From NCBI GenBank assembly GCA_965232515.1, contig CBDDPY010000002.1, positions 2,304,001-2,368,000 of the forward strand: 64,000 nucleotides of DNA. The letters run 5' to 3'. Of this stretch, positions 1 to 9,140 are shown piece after piece. Source of the stretch: Alphaproteobacteria bacterium. Its GTDB lineage: Bacteria > Pseudomonadota > Alphaproteobacteria > GCA-2731375. Positions within the stretch are counted from its first letter, which is position 1. Every line of letters starts with the position of its first letter. The position numbers and the translations under genes are program-made. The notes under the pieces are model-generated. The model was given only the letters and a program-made list of their open reading frames with translations. It did no database searches and was not told the origin of the DNA.

Positions 1-103
1 TCGTCGCTCATCGCGCCTCTCCCGCGCCGCGACGATTGGCTGTCGCTTTGCGCGTGATTGGAGCTTGCGGAAGCCATTCCGACGCGACAACCTTAAAGCC
101 ATT

Positions 104-124
104 GCGTTTCGCTAGGTGGAACGC
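104..124. promoter_or_regulatory. Imperfect palindrome, candidate IclR operator
   Basis: GCGTTTC-GCTAGGT-GGAACGC directly before the IclR ATG. A probable divergent gene starts at about 11 on the minus strand (GGGAGAGG RBS then ATG). Confidence 0.4.
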
Positions 125-129
125 CAGCG

Positions 130-951
130 ATGGCCGACGACAAGACTGTCCGGGCGCTGACGCGCGGGCTTGCCGTGCTGGAGGTGCTCAACCATGAGCG
201 GGCCTGCTCGCTCAAGCACCTGCATGCCGCGACCGGCATCGCCAAGCCGACGCTATTGCGTCTGCTGCGGACGCTGGCCGCGGCCGGTTATGTCCGCCGC
301 GGCATGGTCGACAACCTCTATCGGCCGACCGTCAACATGCGACGTCTGGGCGGCGATATGGACGCCGACGCCCGTCTGGCCGAGGTTGCCGCGCCGATCC
401 TCGACGACCTGCGCAACGAGCTCGGTTGGCCGTCGGACCTGGCGATCTATCACCGACTCGCCATGGAAATCGTCGAGAGCAGCCGCTTCCGCAAACCGTT
501 CGATCTGCCGTTCGGCATCATGCCGGCGCGCAATCACGGCCCCCTCAGCTATCGCGTGCCGATGTTGTTGTCCGGGTTGGGCCGGGCGTATCTCGCGTTC
601 TGCCCCGAACCGGAGCGGCAGGAGATCCTGGCCGCGTTGGCGGCATCCGCCGAACCGAATGACCGCCTGGCGCGGGATCAAAAGCGCGTCGAAACCATTC
701 TGGATACCACGCGCGCGCAACGCCACGGCATTCGCGATCCCGCATATATGAACGAGCTGAATGCCTTTGCCGTGCCGATCCGCGGTGATGGCCGCCTTCT
801 GGGCTGCATCAACCTGCTCTGGCCCAGCGGCGCCCACCGGTTGCCCGATATGCTTGACGCCCATTTGCCGCGTCTCTGGTCGGCGGCCGACCGGATCGCG
901 ATTGTCGCCGCGAAACACGGACTTGCCGCTGCGCAATCGACAAAGCCGTAA
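130..951 (+). CDS. IclR-family transcriptional regulator (MhpR-like)
   Basis: N-terminal VRALTRGLAVLE...TGIAKPTLLRLLRTL HTH; C-terminal SGLGRAYLAF and AFAVPI effector domain. Confidence 0.9.
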   Translation: MADDKTVRALTRGLAVLEVLNHERACSLKHLHAATGIAKPTLLRLLRTLAAAGYVRRGMVDNLYRPTVNMRRLGGDMDADARLAEVAAPILDDLRNELGWPSDLAIYHRLAMEIVESSRFRKPFDLPFGIMPARNHGPLSYRVPMLLSGLGRAYLAFCPEPERQEILAALAASAEPNDRLARDQKRVETILDTTRAQRHGIRDPAYMNELNAFAVPIRGDGRLLGCINLLWPSGAHRLPDMLDAHLPRLWSAADRIAIVAAKHGLAAAQSTKP

Positions 952-1007
952 GCCATCGCCATATCCAATTGATGCCTCACGGTTCGGGCCGCGCAGGGAG
1001 CGAGATA

Positions 1008-2396
1008 ATGCCGCATTCATTCGACCCCGAGGGACAACGTCTGCCGATCAAACTCGACACCACGTCCAACGGCGAGTTCGTGCCGGTGCCGCTCGACACC
1101 ACGAACCGACACGCCAACGCGCTGGCCCAGAGCTGGGCGAGCGAAAACGCCAAGCGCCGCGGCGTCGACCGCCGTGGCTTCATGGTCTCGGCCTGCGGCG
1201 CCGCCAGCACGCTGCTCGCCTTCAACGCCGCCAACGCGGCTGCCGGGCGGACCGGCGGCTATTTCGAACTCGACACGGTCGCGGCCGTCGACCCCGACGC
1301 GGCGGTCGAGCAGCTCGACGGCCGTGAGTTCGTGTTCGACGTGCAGGGACATTTCGTCGGCGAGAACGGCATCGGCCGAACCGGCCTTGGCGACTCGAAG
1401 CAGTTCATCAAGGACATCTTCCTCGACTCCGACACCGACATGATGGTGCTGTCGTTCATTCCCTCGCGCCGGGAGACCGAACTGCTGACCATCCAGGAGG
1501 CCGACGAGACGCGCCGCATCATCGACGAGATGGACGGCACGCGTCGACTGCTGATCCACGGCCGGGTCAATCCGAACCAGCCGGGCGATCTCGAGGACAT
1601 GGACGAGCTGGCCGAGACCTGGGGCGTGTCGGCCTGGAAGTGCTACACGCAATGGGGCCCGGACGGCCGCGGTTTCTTTTTACACGACGACATCGGCCTG
1701 CGCATGATCGAGAAGGCGCGCGCGCTCGGCGTGAAGAATATCTGCATACACAAAGGTCTGCCGTTCGGCCGGCGGTCCTACGAGCACAGCCTCTCGACCG
1801 ATATCGGCGTCGTCGCCAAGATGTTTCCAGATGTGAACTTTCTCGTCTATCACTCTGGATTCATTAGCGGACAGACGGAAGGCCCGTACGATCCAAATCG
1901 CCGCGAAGGCGTCGACGAACTGATCCGCTCGGTCGAGGAAAACGGTATCGGGCGCAACGCCAACGTCTATGCCGAGCTCGGCAGCACCTGGCGCTTCGCC
2001 ATGCGCGACCCGACCATGGCCGCCCATATCGTCGGCAAGCTGGTCAAGCATATCGGCGAGGAAAACGTCCTCTACGGCTCGGACTGCATCTGGTACGGCT
2101 CGCCGCAAGATCAGATCCAGGCGTTCCGGACCTTCCAGATCTCGGACGAACTGCAAGAGAAGTTCGGCTATCCGAAGCTGACACCGAAGCTCAAGGCGCA
2201 GATCTTCGGCCTGAACGCGGCCAAGCCCTATGACATCGATGTCGGTGAAGTGCTGCAGCGGGCGCGCAATGACCGGATCGGGAAACGGCGCGCCCAGTAC
2301 CGGGCGGCGCCCGACCCGCATTTCCTTACCTTCGGACCCAAGACCCGCCGCGAATTCCTGGCCAACCTGAAGGCCCGCGGCGGCGTACCGATTTAG
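1008..2396 (+). CDS. Amidohydrolase-superfamily protein
   Basis: DVQGH, IHKG, YHSG and YGSDCIW metal-site motifs; start moved to ATG 1008 after a GGGAG RBS. Confidence 0.8.
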   Translation: MPHSFDPEGQRLPIKLDTTSNGEFVPVPLDTTNRHANALAQSWASENAKRRGVDRRGFMVSACGAASTLLAFNAANAAAGRTGGYFELDTVAAVDPDAAVEQLDGREFVFDVQGHFVGENGIGRTGLGDSKQFIKDIFLDSDTDMMVLSFIPSRRETELLTIQEADETRRIIDEMDGTRRLLIHGRVNPNQPGDLEDMDELAETWGVSAWKCYTQWGPDGRGFFLHDDIGLRMIEKARALGVKNICIHKGLPFGRRSYEHSLSTDIGVVAKMFPDVNFLVYHSGFISGQTEGPYDPNRREGVDELIRSVEENGIGRNANVYAELGSTWRFAMRDPTMAAHIVGKLVKHIGEENVLYGSDCIWYGSPQDQIQAFRTFQISDELQEKFGYPKLTPKLKAQIFGLNAAKPYDIDVGEVLQRARNDRIGKRRAQYRAAPDPHFLTFGPKTRREFLANLKARGGVPI

Positions 2397-2504
2397 CGCC
2401 CGCCCCACGCACGCAAGATCGCCATCGCCCCGTATACCGACCGGGATAATGTCGATGTACCGCCTCAGCTCTATCCCCTAATTTATTGTTATTCATAAAA
2501 AAAT

Positions 2505-2545
2505 CCGATCTCAACAATAGGGACAGTCCCTATTGTTGAGATCGG
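2505..2545. repeat. Perfect 20-1-20 palindrome between convergent genes (bidirectional terminator or REP-like)
   Basis: CCGATCTCAACAATAGGGAC-A-GTCCCTATTGTTGAGATCGG. Confidence 0.85.
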
Positions 2546-2575
2546 CGGGGAAATGTTTGAGCGGTCGAATGCGGC

Positions 2576-3082
2576 CTATATCTTCTGGTTCAATCTGGGC
2601 TTCCAGAATGGCCGGAACAGCTCGATCTTCGGGCAGCGGTTCATCACCACCTTGAGGCCGGACGCTTCCGCCAGCCGGGCGGCAGCGTCGTCGCGGACGC
2701 CGATCTGCGCCCACAGCACCTTGGCGCCGATGTCGATGGCCTCCTCGGCAATGCCATAGAGCGCGTTGGAGCTGCGGAACACCTCGACCATGTCGACGGG
2801 CCGGTCGATCGCCGAGAGGCTTTCATAGACCTTCAGCCCCCGGATCTCGCCGCCGGCCTCGACGGGGTTCACCGGGACCATGTCGTAGCCGGTCTCGTGC
2901 AGCACGCGCAGCACGCCGTAGCTGAACTTGGTCGGATCGGGACTGGCGCCGACCATGGCGATGGTCTTCACCGATTTGAGGATGCCGGCGAGATATTCGG
3001 GCGGATAGTCGTCGTCGTGGTTCATGAAGACGGGCTGGGTGGCGTCCGCCCCGGCGGCGTCGACGTTGGTGGGCTCGGTCAT
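2576..3082 (-). CDS. CoA-binding protein (YccU-like)
   Basis: KTIAMVGAS...PVNP...VDMVEVFR...KVLWAQIG...VVMNRCPKIE; start overlaps the ferredoxin stop (ATGA). Confidence 0.85.
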   Translation of the reverse strand: MTEPTNVDAAGADATQPVFMNHDDDYPPEYLAGILKSVKTIAMVGASPDPTKFSYGVLRVLHETGYDMVPVNPVEAGGEIRGLKVYESLSAIDRPVDMVEVFRSSNALYGIAEEAIDIGAKVLWAQIGVRDDAAARLAEASGLKVVMNRCPKIELFRPFWKPRLNQKI

Positions 3083-3453
3083 GGCGCATCCTCCCGTGGC
3101 GTCGCGATGTCGGGCTTCAGTTCGTGGGGCGCGAGCGGGCTGGCGAAGGGATTGCGGTAGAGCTTGTCGTGGCTGTCGACGCCGACGTCCAGCACGCAAT
3201 CGGTCAGCGGGCGCGCGACGCAGAGCAGGATATAGCCGTCGTTGAGCTGGCGGTTGTTGAGCGCGACCGCGGCGCGCTGATCGACCTCACCGGACAGCAG
3301 CTTCGCGGCGCAGGAAATGCAGCCGCCATACCTGCAGCCGTAGGGCAGCGACAGGCCCGCCGCCTCCAGCGTGTTGAGCAGGGGCGCGCGCCGGCTGACC
3401 TCGACGACGCGATCTTGCCGGTTCGCCACCGTGATGCGGACCCGGTCGCTCAC
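3079..3453 (-). CDS. Plant-type 2Fe-2S ferredoxin
   Basis: LPYGCRYGGCISC...ILLCVA motif; GTG start overlaps the upstream TGA. Confidence 0.9.
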   Translation of the reverse strand: MSDRVRITVANRQDRVVEVSRRAPLLNTLEAAGLSLPYGCRYGGCISCAAKLLSGEVDQRAAVALNNRQLNDGYILLCVARPLTDCVLDVGVDSHDKLYRNPFASPLAPHELKPDIATPREDAP

Positions 3454-4808
3454 AGCCAGATATCCGACGTGCAATCGCCGCCGGGATAGCGGGTCTCGTG
3501 ACAGCGCGCCGGCCCGTTCGGCTCCTTGCCGAAATCGACGAAGAAGTCGGGATCGATCTCCATGCCGCCGTTTTCGGTGTCGCAGTTCACCATCACCATG
3601 CAGCCACCGTTCTCGCGAATGTCCGGATAGAACTGGTTGTCCCAGGTCGAAAACAGCGAGGTCGTGACGTACAGCCGCTTGCCGTCGAGGCTGAGCTGAA
3701 TCATCTGCGGCCCGCCGGTGATGCGCCGGCCGTTGACCAGCGGCGCGCGGTTCAACAGGCCGCCCATCCAGACTTGGCCGGTGAACTTCGGATTGTGCGG
3801 ATCCGAGATGTCGTACTGGCGGATATCACCGTGCAGCCAGTTGCAGAAATAGAGAAAACGGTCGTCCATCGAGATCAGGATGACGGAGATCACGCCGGGC
3901 ACCGGGATCGGCCATTCCGGATGTGGTTCGTTCCCGACGTCGATGATCTTTTCCCAGCGCCATTTGCCGGCGTCGTCCTTCCACCAGTGAATGATGTTGG
4001 CGCTCAACGCCGCGCCGACGAAACCGTGCGAGGAATCCGGATTGTGGTGAAAGCGGACCTCGAGCGGGATCAGCCCGTCCTCGCCGAGATAAAAGGTCTG
4101 TTCGACCCGCTTCTCTTCGAAATTCCAGAAATGCAGCTCGCGCCCGTATTTCAGGTGGCCGACTTCCTCGAGATCGAAACCGGGCATGAAGGTGTTGGGC
4201 GCGGCCCATTCGCTGGAGACCATCACGTTGTGGCGCGGCTGGTACCAGAAGTCGTAGTTGAACTTCATGCCGCCAAGATCGTTTTCCCAGCGCCCGACGA
4301 TTTCGAAGTTCTCGTTCAGGTGCAGAAAGCCGCCCGGCGCGTTCCCCTGCGCGTCGCCCAGCATCGAGATGATGATGTCGGCGCCGAGGCAATGCACCGT
4401 GTGCGGCGCCGAGAGATCGGTCTTGGCTTTGATCTCGGCACCCTCGATCACCTTGTGCAACGTCGGCCTTCGCGGATCGTCGCCGCAATCGACGATGTGC
4501 AGGTTGCTGCTGCGAACGCCGGGCACGATCAGATAGCGCCGCTCCTTGGTGGCGTCGTGGTGGCAGGAGGAGCAGGCGTTCCAGCCCATGTGATGCAGTT
4601 CGTCGCCAATGCCCGGCATCTCGAGGCGGCTGATGACCTGGCTGTAGGTCGGGCTGTCGGGATCGGCGTCGATCGTCGCCAGGTAGTCCGGCTTCTGGAT
4701 ACCGGTGCCGATATACAGCGCCACGGTGTAGAGAAGTTTTTCGCGTGGGGCCCGCATGGCCTCCGCCGGCGACGCGTATCCCGGCCCGCAGCACTCCATG
4801 GTGCTCAA
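3450..4808 (-). CDS. Selenium-binding protein SBP56/SELENBP1 family (putative methanethiol oxidase)
   Basis: CCGPGYASP..AM..PREK, DELHHMGWNACSSC, YDFWYQPRHNVMVSSEW, GGPQMIQLSLDGKRLYVT and C-terminal GGDCTSDIW; TTG start 7 nt after GGAGG. Confidence 0.9.
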   Translation of the reverse strand: MSTMECCGPGYASPAEAMRAPREKLLYTVALYIGTGIQKPDYLATIDADPDSPTYSQVISRLEMPGIGDELHHMGWNACSSCHHDATKERRYLIVPGVRSSNLHIVDCGDDPRRPTLHKVIEGAEIKAKTDLSAPHTVHCLGADIIISMLGDAQGNAPGGFLHLNENFEIVGRWENDLGGMKFNYDFWYQPRHNVMVSSEWAAPNTFMPGFDLEEVGHLKYGRELHFWNFEEKRVEQTFYLGEDGLIPLEVRFHHNPDSSHGFVGAALSANIIHWWKDDAGKWRWEKIIDVGNEPHPEWPIPVPGVISVILISMDDRFLYFCNWLHGDIRQYDISDPHNPKFTGQVWMGGLLNRAPLVNGRRITGGPQMIQLSLDGKRLYVTTSLFSTWDNQFYPDIRENGGCMVMVNCDTENGGMEIDPDFFVDFGKEPNGPARCHETRYPGGDCTSDIWL

Positions 4809-4849
4809 TGGCTTTCCTCCCCAGGGCTTTTGTCTTGTTGTCGGCCCTG

Positions 4850-4891
4850 ATTGTCTCATAAAATGAATCAATTGTCTCGTAGATTGAGAGC
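4850..4891. promoter_or_regulatory. Tandem candidate operators in the divergent SBP56/IclR promoter
   Basis: ATTGTCTC at 4850 and 4871 (21-bp period); the second copy forms TCTC-N7-GAGA. Confidence 0.5.
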
Positions 4892-4897
4892 TTCCGT

Positions 4898-5665
4898 ATG
4901 AACCTCGAACGCCTGATTGCCGTTCTCGAAGCCGTCGCCGCGGCGGGCCGGCCCGTCTCGGCGTCCGAGGTGCAGGGCGTTACCGGCCTGCCGCGCCCGA
5001 CCTGCTATCGCCTGATCCAAACGCTCGCGGCACACCGGTTCCTGGACAACGTCGAGAACGACGGTCGCTGGCTTCTGGGAGACCGGTTCAAACGGATCGC
5101 CATGATGGGGCACTCCGACGCCGATATCCGCCTGGCGACGGCGCCGTTGATCAAAGAAGCCGCAATCGCCGATGGCGACGCCTATTTCCTGTCCCGGTTC
5201 CGCAACAACAGCGTCGAGATCATCCACGTCGAAACGCCGGACGATCCGAAAGCCTCGTTCATTCATCCGGGCCTGGGGCGGCGGCCGATGCACGCCTGCT
5301 CGTGTTCGAAGGCGATCGCGGCGTTTTCCGATAGCGCCCTTCAGCACCGGATTATCGACGGCGCGCTGAAGGCCTATACCGATCGCACCAAGATCGACGC
5401 CGCGGATCTTGCTGCCGAGTTCGCGGCGATCCGCGCGCGCGGCTTCGCGGAATGCGTCGAGGAAATCGAGGTCGGTGTCGCCAGCGTCGCCGCGCCGGTC
5501 CATATGGCGGATGCCAGTGTCCCGTTCTCGATCGGCGCCATCGGCACCATTCGGCGCTTCAGCGACGCCCGCCGATCTCAACTAGGCGTAAAACTGATCG
5601 AGCTCGCCGGCCAGGTCCGTAAGACCATTGCCACCGGATACCTTGATTCCGAGCGGGCGGGCTAA
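4898..5665 (+). CDS. IclR-family transcriptional regulator
   Basis: LERLIAVLE...GLPRPTCYRLIQTL HTH; PMHACSCSKAI and RARGFA..VEE...GVASVAAPV. Confidence 0.9.
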   Translation: MNLERLIAVLEAVAAAGRPVSASEVQGVTGLPRPTCYRLIQTLAAHRFLDNVENDGRWLLGDRFKRIAMMGHSDADIRLATAPLIKEAAIADGDAYFLSRFRNNSVEIIHVETPDDPKASFIHPGLGRRPMHACSCSKAIAAFSDSALQHRIIDGALKAYTDRTKIDAADLAAEFAAIRARGFAECVEEIEVGVASVAAPVHMADASVPFSIGAIGTIRRFSDARRSQLGVKLIELAGQVRKTIATGYLDSERAG

Positions 5666-5747
5666 AGCGAGGCCCGGACATAGCGCCGGACCCCGCGCCA
5701 CTTCGATAACCTAACAATTCACTCTAACACCATCATTCATCTATTTG

Positions 5748-7001
5748 TTATTTCAAGCCCATGCAATTGGCATAGTACGTCACTGTAGCCGGCCAGTCGC
5801 TGAAGATGCCGCGGACTTTGACCTGTCGCGCCAGCACGTCGAGCTTGGTCAGCATGTCGCCGTCATTGTCGATCGCAGCCTTGGCAGTCTGGTAGTACCA
5901 GCCGCCGCCCTTGTTCAGGGGGCCGGAACGCTCGATGGTCCAGGTGATGATGTCGAGGCCGGCCTCGCGCGCGGCCTTGGCGTAGGTCGACGGCACGATG
6001 TCGTTCTTGTCGTTCAGCCCGACCAGCATCCACATCGGCGGCGCGATGATCTTGATGCCCTCGGCGGCGAGTTCCTGCATGTTGGGTGACCAGGTCGCCG
6101 GCCGCTCGTGATCGAAGCCCGATGACCGATAGCGGCCGTCGAGATAGACCGCCTGCGCGCCGAAGTCGGGCTCGTTCTTCACCCAATAGCGCACGTCCTC
6201 GATGTTGAAGGACTGCGCGAAGACATGGGCGGGATCGACGCCGGCGGCCTTGTACTCGTCGATCAGCTGCTGGGCGTAGTCGGCCTGGCTGTAGTCGCCA
6301 TCGAACGGCATGGCGACGCTGGGCGACTTCAGCTCCGGTGTGAACTTCGTCCCTAAAGCCTTAAAAAGCTCGATACTTTCGGCGTGCGTCATCAGCGTGC
6401 CGGTGGTGGCGTAGAGGTCGGTGCGCCACGCCGGCGTGCCGGCCATGTATTGCGCGACGGTGGTCGCCGTCCGGTCGGCGGCATCCATCTTACCGCTGAG
6501 CGTCTTGTACTGCGCGAGCGTGATGTCGGACGTGCAGCATTTGGCCGACGCCTTCTTACCGGTCGCCGGATCCGCGGGCGAGAATGGCTGGGTGCATTGG
6601 GCGGCGAGTTCCGGCACGGCCAGGATGTTGGTCGTCGTGTGCAGGTCGCACTGGGAATGGCGGCAGACGAGCTGCCGGTCCTTGGTGAACGTGACGTCGC
6701 ATTCGAGGATGCCGGCGCCCATGCGCGCCGCCGCCTCGTACGATTCCCTGGTGTGCTCCGGGAACTGCAGCGGCGCGCCGCGATGGCCGATCGAGAAGTC
6801 CGTCTTCTCGAACGGGCCGGCCGCGCATTGCTGCAGCGTCGTCTTCAGGGGCCCCTCATCCATATCGGCGACGAGATAGTAGGGACGCGGTCCGAGCTGC
6901 ACCGCGTCGCCGGCCGCGGCCGCCGTTGCTGCCCCGAGTGCCGGCAGCAAAAGCAACCCGATTGCCCACACCCCCCGCAGCGATCCGATACCCCTGTTCA
7001 T
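5748..7001 (-). CDS. Secreted glycerophosphodiester phosphodiesterase
   Basis: Signal peptide; [38 protein letters not shown]. Confidence 0.9.
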   Translation of the reverse strand: MNRGIGSLRGVWAIGLLLLPALGAATAAAAGDAVQLGPRPYYLVADMDEGPLKTTLQQCAAGPFEKTDFSIGHRGAPLQFPEHTRESYEAAARMGAGILECDVTFTKDRQLVCRHSQCDLHTTTNILAVPELAAQCTQPFSPADPATGKKASAKCCTSDITLAQYKTLSGKMDAADRTATTVAQYMAGTPAWRTDLYATTGTLMTHAESIELFKALGTKFTPELKSPSVAMPFDGDYSQADYAQQLIDEYKAAGVDPAHVFAQSFNIEDVRYWVKNEPDFGAQAVYLDGRYRSSGFDHERPATWSPNMQELAAEGIKIIAPPMWMLVGLNDKNDIVPSTYAKAAREAGLDIITWTIERSGPLNKGGGWYYQTAKAAIDNDGDMLTKLDVLARQVKVRGIFSDWPATVTYYANCMGLK

Positions 7002-7062
7002 TCCCCACTCCTTGTGAACAACCCGCTCTAAGGCCCTGTTCGTAAATGGTTAACAGAACCTG

Positions 7063-7080
7063 ATGGCAACGGTGTGACAG
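7063..7080 (-). promoter_or_regulatory. Candidate Pho box (PhoB site)
   Basis: Minus strand reads CTGTCAC-accg-TTGCCAT, about 60 bp upstream of the GDPD gene. Confidence 0.6.
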
Positions 7081-7102
7081 ATTGCCTCTTGATATAATTT
7101 AG

Positions 7103-7121
7103 AATGATACTAATTCTCAAT
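7103..7121. promoter_or_regulatory. Candidate Fur/Mur box
   Basis: AATGATACTAATTCTCAAT, an AT-rich 19-bp near-palindrome upstream of a putative Mn transporter. Confidence 0.65.
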
Positions 7122-7170
7122 ATCATAAACCCGTTCCGTTCGAACGTGCGATTGTCGAAGGTTTACCGCC

Positions 7171-8334
7171 ATGTCCGCAATGGTCTCGTCGATCCGCCGG
7201 CAACTGCCGCTGACCGGTCAGTGGGTATTGCTGACGCCGTCCGGTCCTGTCCTGGCCATCGCGGCGCTGTTGGCGCTGATGGCCATCGATCCCGCGGCCC
7301 GCGAGATCACGCTTGCCGCCTTGAGCGACGCCTATCTCGCGGTCAGCGTCTTTGTTGCCGCCACGCTGGCGGCGGCTTTGTTTTTCGAGACCGTGTTCAA
7401 GGTCGACCTGTCCGACTGGCTGGCCCGGCGCACCGCCTGGCAGATCCCGATCGCCGCTTTCCTGGGCGCCCTGCCCGGCTGCGGCGGCGCCGTCATCGTC
7501 GTCACCCAGTATCTGCGTGGCTCCATCGGCTTTGGCAGCCTAATCGCCGTCCTGATCTCGACCATGGGCGATGCCGCCTTCCTGCTGTTGGCGCGGGAGC
7601 CGGGCACGGCCGCGCTGGTGTTCGGCCTGAGCCTGGTCGTCGGCATCGTCAGCGGCATCGTTGTCGAACGTCTGCACGGCCGGGACTTCCTGCGCGCCGA
7701 GGCCGGATCAACGATTCGCGCTGGCTGCCGCACCGCCAGCCTGCCGCCCCGTCGGGTAACCGGAATGTGGATGGCGCTCATGGCGCCGGGCCTGGTGCTG
7801 GGCATCCTGCTGGCCTTCCAGGTCGATACCGACGCGATGCTCGGCTTCCTGCCGGTCGCGGAACCGACCCTGTGGCTCGGCGTTGCCGGCGCCGGGCTGT
7901 CGCTGCTGGTCTGGGCCCGCGGCTGGGCGGCCGCCGACACCGCGAACGCCGACGGTCCCTTGTCGCCGCGCGTCGCCGCCACCACCAGCTTCGTCACGGT
8001 CTGGGTCATCGCCGGCTTTCTCGCCTATGAGCTTGGCAGCCACTATTCCGGCATCGACATCGGGATCGCGTTCAAGAACGCCGCCGTGCTGCTGCCGCTG
8101 ATCGGCGTGCTGGTCGGCCTTCTGCCGGGCTGCGGACCGGCGATCGTGGTGACGACGCTCTACCTGACCGGCGCGGCGCCGCTGTCGACCCAGCTCGGCA
8201 ACGCGATCGGCAATGACGGCGACGCCCTGTTCCCGGCCATGGCGATGGCGCCGAAAGCGGCCCTCGTCGCGACGCTCTATACGGCCATTCCTGCCCTTCT
8301 GGTGGCCTATGGCGCGTACGGGCTCGGCTACTGA
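7171..8334 (+). CDS. Putative manganese transporter (DUF2899 / MntX-like)
   Basis: Multi-TM protein with duplicated GALPGCGG / GLLPGCGP and STMGDAAF / GNDGDALFP motifs. Confidence 0.75.
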   Translation: MSAMVSSIRRQLPLTGQWVLLTPSGPVLAIAALLALMAIDPAAREITLAALSDAYLAVSVFVAATLAAALFFETVFKVDLSDWLARRTAWQIPIAAFLGALPGCGGAVIVVTQYLRGSIGFGSLIAVLISTMGDAAFLLLAREPGTAALVFGLSLVVGIVSGIVVERLHGRDFLRAEAGSTIRAGCRTASLPPRRVTGMWMALMAPGLVLGILLAFQVDTDAMLGFLPVAEPTLWLGVAGAGLSLLVWARGWAAADTANADGPLSPRVAATTSFVTVWVIAGFLAYELGSHYSGIDIGIAFKNAAVLLPLIGVLVGLLPGCGPAIVVTTLYLTGAAPLSTQLGNAIGNDGDALFPAMAMAPKAALVATLYTAIPALLVAYGAYGLGY

Positions 8335-8480
8335 CATGCAATTCCTTCATGGCGGGCAGAACCGTTTGAGCGGCGGGGCGTTTGCGCCTATAGAGACCGT
8401 CAACGGCTTCGTCTCGCACCACGGAGGTTCCTGTCATCGCAGACGGCGGCGACCATATTGCCCGGCCGCAATGCGGCCCA

Positions 8481-9140
8481 TTGAGCGTCGTCACGCCGGC
8501 GCTGGTGATCTTCGATTGCGACGGCGTCTTGGTCGACAGCGATCCGATACAGAACCGCATGCTGACCGAGGCGATCGTCGAGGCGGGCCTGCCGATCACC
8601 TATGACGAGGTCTGCCGCGACTATACCGGTGGCTTCATGGGCGACATTGTCGCCAGCGTCGAGGCCCAGCTCGGCCGATCGCTGCCGGAGGACTGGGTAC
8701 CGGCGTTCCGGGCCCGGACGGCCGAGGCCTTCCGCCGGGAGTTGCAGCCCGTGCCCGGCGTTGAGCGGGTGCTGCAACAGTTAAGCGCGGCGAAGATCCC
8801 GTTCTGCGTCGGCTCGAACGGGCCGCTGGAAAAGTCGAATCTGACGCTGGGCATCACCGGGCTCGACAAGTATTTCGAGGACCGCATCTTCTCGGGTTGG
8901 CAGGTGCCGCGGGGCAAGCCGGCGCCCGACCTCTATCTGCACGCCGCCAGCGTCATGGGCCAGCCGCCGTCGGCAAGCGTTGTTATCGAGGACAGCGTCA
9001 CCGGCATCACCGCCGGAATCGCCGCCGAGATGACCACCTACGGCTATGTGCCGAACGGCGATGGCCGACCACAGCGATTTGCCGGCGCCCGCGTCTTCCG
9101 CGACATGGCCGAGCTGCCGGCGCTGCTGGGCCTCACATGA
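8481..9140 (+). CDS. HAD-superfamily hydrolase, subfamily IA
   Basis: IFDCDGVLVDS, KPAPDLY, VIEDS motifs. Confidence 0.9.
   Translation: MSVVTPALVIFDCDGVLVDSDPIQNRMLTEAIVEAGLPITYDEVCRDYTGGFMGDIVASVEAQLGRSLPEDWVPAFRARTAEAFRRELQPVPGVERVLQQLSAAKIPFCVGSNGPLEKSNLTLGITGLDKYFEDRIFSGWQVPRGKPAPDLYLHAASVMGQPPSASVVIEDSVTGITAGIAAEMTTYGYVPNGDGRPQRFAGARVFRDMAELPALLGLT

Noticed and set aside
3450-4808. Selenocysteine recoding in the selenium-binding protein
   Set aside because: No internal TGA; the terminal TGA follows the family's normal C-terminus and overlaps the next start
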